From the IMG/VR virus record IMGVR_UViG_3300035148_000158, positions 1 through 51,096 of that record: 51,096 nt of DNA; one strand, given 5' to 3'. Under the pieces are notes generated by a model. That model searched no databases. It saw only the letters and a program-made list of their open reading frames with translations, and was not told where the DNA came from. The first letter of the stretch is position 1. Every line of letters starts with the position of its first letter. Shown one piece after another: positions 45,310 to 51,096 of the stretch. This DNA comes from a virus. Taxonomy: Duplodnaviria > Caudoviricetes. Both the position numbers and the translations under genes were made by a program.

Positions 45310-47123
45310 TACTTGCCGCCCAGTGCTTTGATCAGGTCTTCCGGGAGGCCCAGCTTCTTGGCCAGTTCCGCCGACGTCTCAGCAACGTCAGGCTCGTCGC
45401 CCAGAAGGTAGTTCATGACCGCCCCATTGGAAGGGGTGCCGTTCTTCAGGCAGTGGAAATCACCGCCCGCAGCGGGTTGTTGTTTGGACTTCATGACCAC
45501 AGTATAGCCCAATTTGACAGCTTCGTCAAATTTGCGGGCACCCGGCTTGGGAGGTGCGCTCTTGCGTGCCCGGATGTAGGCCTCCATCCGCTTCCGATCC
45601 GGAGAGTTCTTGTCGAGGGAGATGCGGGCCTTGTAGTCCGTGTTGTAGAACACGTGCTTCATGAAGCTGGAGTTCTCTTGCAGGTACTCCTGCGTCACCC
45701 CAGACACCAGCTCGTCCAGTGCGGGGGTCTTCAGGTCCACCAGCATCTGGTTCACCCGCAGGTCCTTGGTGGACAGCAGGTCCCCGATCATCTTGATTTC
45801 CCGCTTCTGCTCCGAGGTGAGGTTCTGCACCCCAGCCGTGGAGCGGATCAGGTTCTGCATGTTCTCACGAACCCCGGGAACGACACCCGGCCTGCCCTCG
45901 ATGTGGACTTCCCGGTCTTCGTCGCTCTTATACGCGAATCCGTATTTCGCCCAAGTATACGCACCCATCTCAAGGGAGGCCTGCGTAGTGATGGTTTTCA
46001 GGCCCATTTTGTCGTACAAGGCCAGCGAATCACCAAGCAGGCGAGCTGCGGTGGCTCCCCCCGCGTTGTTGAGCTTGAAGCGGAGGTAGTCGTGGTAGAC
46101 GTCCTTCTCCGCCATGTCGAAGTAGCGAGAAATCCAGTTGACTTCCGTGCCGTGAATCTTGGTGTTGTGCCCTTGCACGCCCCAGTACTTCTTGCCGTTC
46201 TCGATCTTGGTCACCACGGACCATTCCTTGGCGTCGAAGTCATCCCCAGCGAAGGTGCCGAAGATTTCCTGAGCCGTGGCCGCGTTGCCGATCTTGGCTT
46301 TGAACTCCGCCTCGTTCCATTCCTCGATTTCGTCCGGGAAGACGAAGCGGCCGGGATTCACCTTACCGACAGGTTCTTCCTTGTCTTCCCCACCCCCACC
46401 CCCGGTGCCGCTCGTCCACTGGTTTCCCCTGAACGGGTGGCCCTCGTAGTCGCCCTTCTTGGCCATGTGCTTAGCCACTGCCGGAGGCATGGGTAGCTTC
46501 TGGGCCTTGATGCCTTCAGCAAGGATGGGGAACATGAACGGCCCGACTCGCTCCAGAAACTCTGGCTCCGTCCATGCCAACCCGTAGGCCTCAGCCACAA
46601 TCTCTCCCGGGGTGGTTTGTCCGTTCAGGCTGCCGTGGGGAAACTTCTCGGCCAAGTCCCAGTCGTCCTTGTTCTTCAGGTACCACATGTCCAGCTCGTT
46701 GAAGTGGGCGGCCTCATGAATCAGCACATGACGTTGCTGCTCCTTGTCCAACCCCTTGAACTTGGGTCCCACTTCCACGTGCCGCCCAGACAGGGTGGTC
46801 GCCTCATTCCCCAGCCGAGGGTTCTCCTTCACCGGGATGGTCTTCAGGAAGGTGTCCAGCTCCTCCACGGAAGCCCCGCCGCCCCCCGTGTACTGATTCC
46901 CACGGAAGGGATGACCTTCGAAGTCGCCCTTTCGGAGGAGACTCCGGTACCCGGGGGAGGCCCCCGAGAGAATCTGCTGGGCCTTGGGGAGCTGGTACCC
47001 GGCCACGTGGATCAGCACATCGAGGTCCTTCTCCGTCGTCGGCTTGGCTTTGCCGAGGATGCGGTTGAAGGCAACCTGAGTGAGGTCGCGGCCCTTGCGG
47101 ATGATGGAGGCGTAGCGGGTCAT
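45309..47123 (-). CDS. Putative capsid-internal polyprotein: two GHPFRGNQ repeats, HEXXH peptidase-like domain, GNAT-like domain
   Basis: KGDFEGHPFRGNQYT (46887-46931) and KGDYEGHPFRGNQWT (46413-46457); IHEAAH...AEAY; HDYL...YDKMGLKTITTQASLEMGAYTWAKYGF. Confidence 0.6.
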   Translation of the reverse strand: MTRYASIIRKGRDLTQVAFNRILGKAKPTTEKDLDVLIHVAGYQLPKAQQILSGASPGYRSLLRKGDFEGHPFRGNQYTGGGGASVEELDTFLKTIPVKENPRLGNEATTLSGRHVEVGPKFKGLDKEQQRHVLIHEAAHFNELDMWYLKNKDDWDLAEKFPHGSLNGQTTPGEIVAEAYGLAWTEPEFLERVGPFMFPILAEGIKAQKLPMPPAVAKHMAKKGDYEGHPFRGNQWTSGTGGGGGEDKEEPVGKVNPGRFVFPDEIEEWNEAEFKAKIGNAATAQEIFGTFAGDDFDAKEWSVVTKIENGKKYWGVQGHNTKIHGTEVNWISRYFDMAEKDVYHDYLRFKLNNAGGATAARLLGDSLALYDKMGLKTITTQASLEMGAYTWAKYGFAYKSDEDREVHIEGRPGVVPGVRENMQNLIRSTAGVQNLTSEQKREIKMIGDLLSTKDLRVNQMLVDLKTPALDELVSGVTQEYLQENSSFMKHVFYNTDYKARISLDKNSPDRKRMEAYIRARKSAPPKPGARKFDEAVKLGYTVVMKSKQQPAAGGDFHCLKNGTPSNGAVMNYLLGDEPDVAETSAELAKKLGLPEDLIKALGGK

Positions 47124-48778
47124 CGGAACACCGAGCGGAAGCGGTCCAGAGCTTCCCTGTCCGCCATGGACAGGGCACCCATGAAGTCGACATCTCCCAG
47201 CACAGCCCGCCCCACCGGCTGGCCGTTCACCGTAGCCGTGAGGGCAATGAGACCGAAGGCTGCCCGGGGGTCTTCCGAGTTTAGCAAGTCCGTGACCGCC
47301 GAAAGCTGAATCTCATCGAGCTGGTCGAGGAACTCATCCAGACGGCCCCCGGGTTCAAGGTCCCGAAGAGCCTGTCGGCGCATCCGATCCCAATCGGCCT
47401 TGCCGGGGAGGAACCCCGCCTTGATCATGGCCTCCGCATTGGAGTTGTTCACGCTGACCGCCACAGCCGAAGCCCCCACGTGCTTGGCCAAGGCCACCGA
47501 GCCACGGAAGACGTTCCTGATCGTGCGCTCCGCTTCCGCGCCCGTGAGGTTCTCCATCTCGATTCGGTTCTGGTAGAAGATGCCCTCGTCCGGGTCGTAG
47601 TCACTGTCGACGTCCACCCGGCCCCGCCCCACCTTGCCCCGGGCGGCGAAGCGGTACCCCGCCGCAGTGATCAGGGTCTCCATGCTGATCTTTCCCGACA
47701 TGATGTCGACGGGATCGAACCCGGTCGCCTTCGACAGGGCCATGGCCGGGACCAGACCGATGTCCTTGTTCCACCCCTCCACCTCCTGCTGGGACACCAC
47801 CTGCTCCATCTCATCGAAGGTCTGGGGGGTGACGAAGGTAACGGGTCCGAGGTCCTCCACTTCTTCAGGCTCAGGCTCCGCCTGCTCCATGGAGGGGGGC
47901 ATGATCACCTCCTCCCCGGTCTTGACCAGCATCGTCCGACACCACGGATGGAACGGGGGGATGAGGATGCCCTCAGCCTCCAGCTCGTCCTCCGTCATGT
48001 TGGCGTAGCGCTCGATGGAGTCCTTGTCCTGATCCGGCCACGGGTGGACGAACTTCAGCTCGTCGTCGTTCTCGACCGACAGGGCGCGGTTCACCAGACG
48101 GCGGGCCGACTCTACTTCGAACTCCCGGCCGTCGATCATCTGGCAGAAGTCCGAGGTCCGGTTGTCGATCTGGGCTTCCAGACGGTAGCGGGTGAGGCCG
48201 ATCACCTCTGCCTCCGCCACGAACCCCCACGTGGACAGCCGTGAGGTGTGCAGGGCGGACCCCATCATGAGCTGCCGGTCGCCCTGCTCGCTGAAGTCCA
48301 CGAACTCCCGGACGTAACGCTTCTCGGCCTTGAAGACAGCCTCCTGAAAGCTCTTGACCGCCCGTTCCTTGTTGAACTCCTCCTGCACCTTGCTGATCTG
48401 CCGATCCGCGAAGTCCCGGAGCTGCATGGAGGCTTGGTTGCTCACCCAGTTCTGGAAGGAATCCACCACCCGGTTGAGGAGAGGCTCGTGGCCGCCGATG
48501 GTGTAGACGACGTCCTTGGCATTCGTGTGGGCGTTGATGGCACCCATCTTCCCCGCCGCGTAGAACATGAACTTCACCCACTCACGATTCTGCCGAACCG
48601 CCGAGTCCATGTTGATGTGGCGAGCGAGGTCCCGGGCGTCATTGAACCGCCCCTTCCCCACCTGCTCCTTCATCTGCACGAACAGGCCCGCTGCCGTGGG
48701 CTGCCATGTGCGCAGCAGCCTCCGGTTGAGAGCCGACTCGATGTGCAGGAAGTTCTGGAGGTTCTGGGTGTTGCTCAT
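47120..48778 (-). CDS. MuF (SPP1 gp7-like) minor head protein with C-terminal extension
   Basis: DNRTSDFCQMIDGREF and PPFHPWCRT MuF motifs, followed by about 260 extra residues. Confidence 0.85.
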   Translation of the reverse strand: MSNTQNLQNFLHIESALNRRLLRTWQPTAAGLFVQMKEQVGKGRFNDARDLARHINMDSAVRQNREWVKFMFYAAGKMGAINAHTNAKDVVYTIGGHEPLLNRVVDSFQNWVSNQASMQLRDFADRQISKVQEEFNKERAVKSFQEAVFKAEKRYVREFVDFSEQGDRQLMMGSALHTSRLSTWGFVAEAEVIGLTRYRLEAQIDNRTSDFCQMIDGREFEVESARRLVNRALSVENDDELKFVHPWPDQDKDSIERYANMTEDELEAEGILIPPFHPWCRTMLVKTGEEVIMPPSMEQAEPEPEEVEDLGPVTFVTPQTFDEMEQVVSQQEVEGWNKDIGLVPAMALSKATGFDPVDIMSGKISMETLITAAGYRFAARGKVGRGRVDVDSDYDPDEGIFYQNRIEMENLTGAEAERTIRNVFRGSVALAKHVGASAVAVSVNNSNAEAMIKAGFLPGKADWDRMRRQALRDLEPGGRLDEFLDQLDEIQLSAVTDLLNSEDPRAAFGLIALTATVNGQPVGRAVLGDVDFMGALSMADREALDRFRSVFR

Positions 48779-49308
48779 TCCTCGTCCTCCATCTCGGCCA
48801 GCATCATGGCCAGCACTTCTTCTTCCAGTCGGGTGTAGTCGACGTATCCACGGACCCCCGGGACACGATGGCGACGTTCAATCGGGTAGCACGCCCCGGT
48901 GAGGATGCCCTTGCCGAGCGGAGCCATGATCTGTGCACTTGAGTGCACGGAGGGCACCACGATCTTGTTGCGCCCGCGACCTTCCATCGGGGCGATCTGG
49001 TGGTGATTCTCCACCACCGGGATGCGCATCGTCCGGGCAGGACGCTCTTCCGGCTTCCAGCGGGCGAGGCGACTCCAGTACCAGAAGCCTCCCCGGCCAC
49101 CAGCACCTTCCTCGACCGGGGGTTCAACCGGCGGCTGTTCGTAGCAGGGTCCAATTCCCTGAACCGCAGTGAGTCGAGGCCCATACCCAATGCCCTGCAC
49201 TGCGATCTGTCGAGCGCAGACCCCCTCCCCGACGGGAGGTTGCACGGCATTGAATACCTCTGACCCCGCAATGGGGGCTGAGGAGATGGGCCAGATGCCA
49301 AACATCAC
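48775..49308 (-). CDS. Hypothetical protein
   Basis: MFGIWPISSAPIA start; 4-bp overlaps with both neighbours. Confidence 0.55.
   Translation of the reverse strand: MMFGIWPISSAPIAGSEVFNAVQPPVGEGVCARQIAVQGIGYGPRLTAVQGIGPCYEQPPVEPPVEEGAGGRGGFWYWSRLARWKPEERPARTMRIPVVENHHQIAPMEGRGRNKIVVPSVHSSAQIMAPLGKGILTGACYPIERRHRVPGVRGYVDYTRLEEEVLAMMLAEMEDEE
48932..48949. repeat. Dispersed palindrome copy 12, intragenic
   Basis: TGTGCACTTGAGTGCACG; encodes VHSSAQ. Confidence 0.95.
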
Positions 49309-49583
49309 GCACCACCGTCGTCCACTGCGTTGGTGTACTGCCCCGCCCTGCCGTCAATCTGTCCGCCCCCTTGCAGGAAGGCGAGGAGCTGGGCCTGAAG
49401 GTAGGGCCACGGCTTCTCGTTGGCGTACGGGAAGGTCATCTCAAAATTGTCCAGCTTCTGCCCGCCCGCCACCACGATGAAGTGCCCGGTGTATCCCTCG
49501 TCCTTGTGGACGTAGGCCCTCAGCACCCTGATCTTGGCGGGGAAGGAAGTGCCGAACACGTTTGCTGTACAGTCGATTGCCAT
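49305..49583 (-). CDS. Hypothetical protein (fibre-associated?)
   Basis: 92-aa ORF with GGAG RBS. Confidence 0.6.
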   Translation of the reverse strand: MAIDCTANVFGTSFPAKIRVLRAYVHKDEGYTGHFIVVAGGQKLDNFEMTFPYANEKPWPYLQAQLLAFLQGGGQIDGRAGQYTNAVDDGGA

Positions 49584-49593
49584 GTCTGCTCCA

Positions 49594-50259
49594 TCATGAA
49601 GTGTAGTGGACCACGATGCGGGGGGTATTGCAGTAGAAGGTGACGTACCCGGAAGTTAGCCCATCCACATAGGCCTGCACCAGCAGGCTGAAGTTAGCCG
49701 AGTTCACCTCCGTGTAGCTCCACGTTGTGCCCCACATGTCCTTGTACCCGCCCAAGTAGTTATGCGTGGGCGGACCCGAAGTCCAGTATTGGGTGCCAGC
49801 GATGTTGCTGCCGTCCTTGGACAGGCCCCATCCAAGTAGAGCTGTACCGTCACTCTGGTTGTCTATCCACCCACCCTCTATCCCAACGGCGATGCCCCGG
49901 ATGGTGGCCCCTGAAGGAATGGCGAACCCGATGCTTGCCAACTTGAGGAAGCCACTGTTGCCGTTCGCATCCAGAGTGATGTCGGCGTAGGACGCATCCC
50001 CAGAGAAGTCGGCGGGGTTGTTCCAGTCCCCAGCACTGCCGGTCCCCTCCAAGTACTTGGACACGCACGTGTGACCGTAGAAGTCCGTGCCTAGCGAGGT
50101 CTGGGTTCCGTTCGTGTCTCCGTTCAGCTCGTGGTTGCAGTAGTCCAGCCCGTAGTAAGTCGCCGGGAGGATCAACTCCATGAGGTCTTGCGGTCCGGCA
50201 TTGTTGCCGAACAGACCGATGGCACCACTAGCAGGAGTGGACCGGGTAGTGGTGGTCAC
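49594..50259 (-). CDS. Beta-rich fibre-associated protein
   Basis: GFAIPSGATIRGI...GGYKDMWGTTWSYTEVNSANF; overlaps the S74 gene stop. Confidence 0.6.
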   Translation of the reverse strand: MTTTTRSTPASGAIGLFGNNAGPQDLMELILPATYYGLDYCNHELNGDTNGTQTSLGTDFYGHTCVSKYLEGTGSAGDWNNPADFSGDASYADITLDANGNSGFLKLASIGFAIPSGATIRGIAVGIEGGWIDNQSDGTALLGWGLSKDGSNIAGTQYWTSGPPTHNYLGGYKDMWGTTWSYTEVNSANFSLLVQAYVDGLTSGYVTFYCNTPRIVVHYTS

Positions 50260-51096
50260 TTGTGCCCCTTGGCGATCAGCACTTCGCGCTCCAGCCTGCG
50301 AATGCGCTCGTCTTGCTCCTTGACCGCTTCGATCAGCAGGGCCACGAGGTTGCCATACGCCAGAGAGTAGCGGTCGTTCTCATCGTGCTGCACCACCTCC
50401 GGGACCACACCCTCCACCTCTTGGGCGATCAAGCCCATCTGGCGAGGCTTGCCTTCGATGTCGGTACGGTTGTACGTGTAGCCGGTGAGCTGGCGAACCA
50501 GCTTCATGGCGTCGTGGATCACCTCCACGTTTTCCTTCACCCGGCGGTCGGAGTAGGCCGTGACGTTGCCCGTCACCGTCAGGTCGGAAGCCGTGGTTGT
50601 GGTGAGTACGGTGTCCCACGAGATGGTGTTGGGGTTCGTCCCGGCAGCTTTGCGGTAGTAGGTGATGACATCGGACACCGCAAATAGACCGGTGGGTGTC
50701 GATGATGCGTGCAGGTACTTCCACGCCCCGTCATAGTAGCAATTTGAGGCCAGATACGCCGACTGGTTAAACGACATCGTGGCGGCGTAGGCCCCGTGGT
50801 AGACACCAATCGCCCCACCAGCCATGGCGGGCACTGAGTCGTACCCAAGAGAGGCCGTTGTTGCAGAGTGAACTGTGAGGCCAGCCGTGTTGCTCGGACG
50901 CAGCTTCACAGCCGAACCGCCCACCTCCACGGGGAGCCAAGCGGTGTTGGTGCGGTCGTAACCGAAGAAACGGGCTGTCCCAGAGAGGTAGTCCATCTCC
51001 GCGCCTGCACCACCCCCACCACCATCGGAGGCTGCCTGCGACCGGATGCCGCCTTGCACATCCAGCTTCTGGCCTTCCGTGAGCGTGCCGATGGAC
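50256..51096 (-). CDS. Fibre protein with C-terminal peptidase S74 intramolecular chaperone (5' end outside the window)
   Basis: YSDRRVKENV...GLIAQEVEGVVPEVV...SLAYGNLVALLIEAVKE; frame stays open to the window edge (SIGTLTEGQKLDV). Confidence 0.88.
   Translation of the reverse strand, partial: SIGTLTEGQKLDVQGGIRSQAASDGGGGGAGAEMDYLSGTARFFGYDRTNTAWLPVEVGGSAVKLRPSNTAGLTVHSATTASLGYDSVPAMAGGAIGVYHGAYAATMSFNQSAYLASNCYYDGAWKYLHASSTPTGLFAVSDVITYYRKAAGTNPNTISWDTVLTTTTASDLTVTGNVTAYSDRRVKENVEVIHDAMKLVRQLTGYTYNRTDIEGKPRQMGLIAQEVEGVVPEVVQHDENDRYSLAYGNLVALLIEAVKEQDERIRRLEREVLIAKGHK

Noticed and set aside
1-51096. tRNA/rRNA genes, integrase, transposase, DNA polymerase, terminase or portal
   Set aside because: None recognised by eye; intergenic gaps are short, and lifestyle cannot be determined from this window

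Overview
A 51-kb segment of a GC-rich tailed phage genome (siphovirus-like; the spanins point to a Gram-negative host). Essentially all real genes lie on the minus strand, and the long plus-strand ORFs are antisense shadows. In transcription order (right to left) the window holds: a 5'-truncated S74-chaperone fibre gene and three small genes; a MuF minor head protein, a 604-aa repeat/peptidase/GNAT-like protein and a histone-deacetylase-family enzyme; XkdF-like protease, scaffold and major capsid; neck and tail genes including a -1 frameshifted chaperone and tape measure; tail-tip genes with three paralogous fibre genes plus a SPRY-like one; a lysis cassette; an AAA ATPase; and a replication/recombination module (wHTH initiator with internal iterons, DnaC-like, DnaB, primase, SSB, SF2 helicase, RecA, Cas4-like nuclease, RuvC) interspersed with a HD (p)ppGpp hydrolase, MazG and a DUF2829/Tad2-like protein. 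The two most striking observations are (1) a translationally coupled MuF / GNAT-like polyprotein / intact deacetylase unit, a candidate capsid-delivered acetylation writer-eraser system, and (2) twelve dispersed copies of an 18-bp palindrome TGTGCACT(TG/CA)AGTGCAC, mostly 4-7 kb apart, found both inside and between genes. All product calls come from motif recognition by eye; no database search was run.
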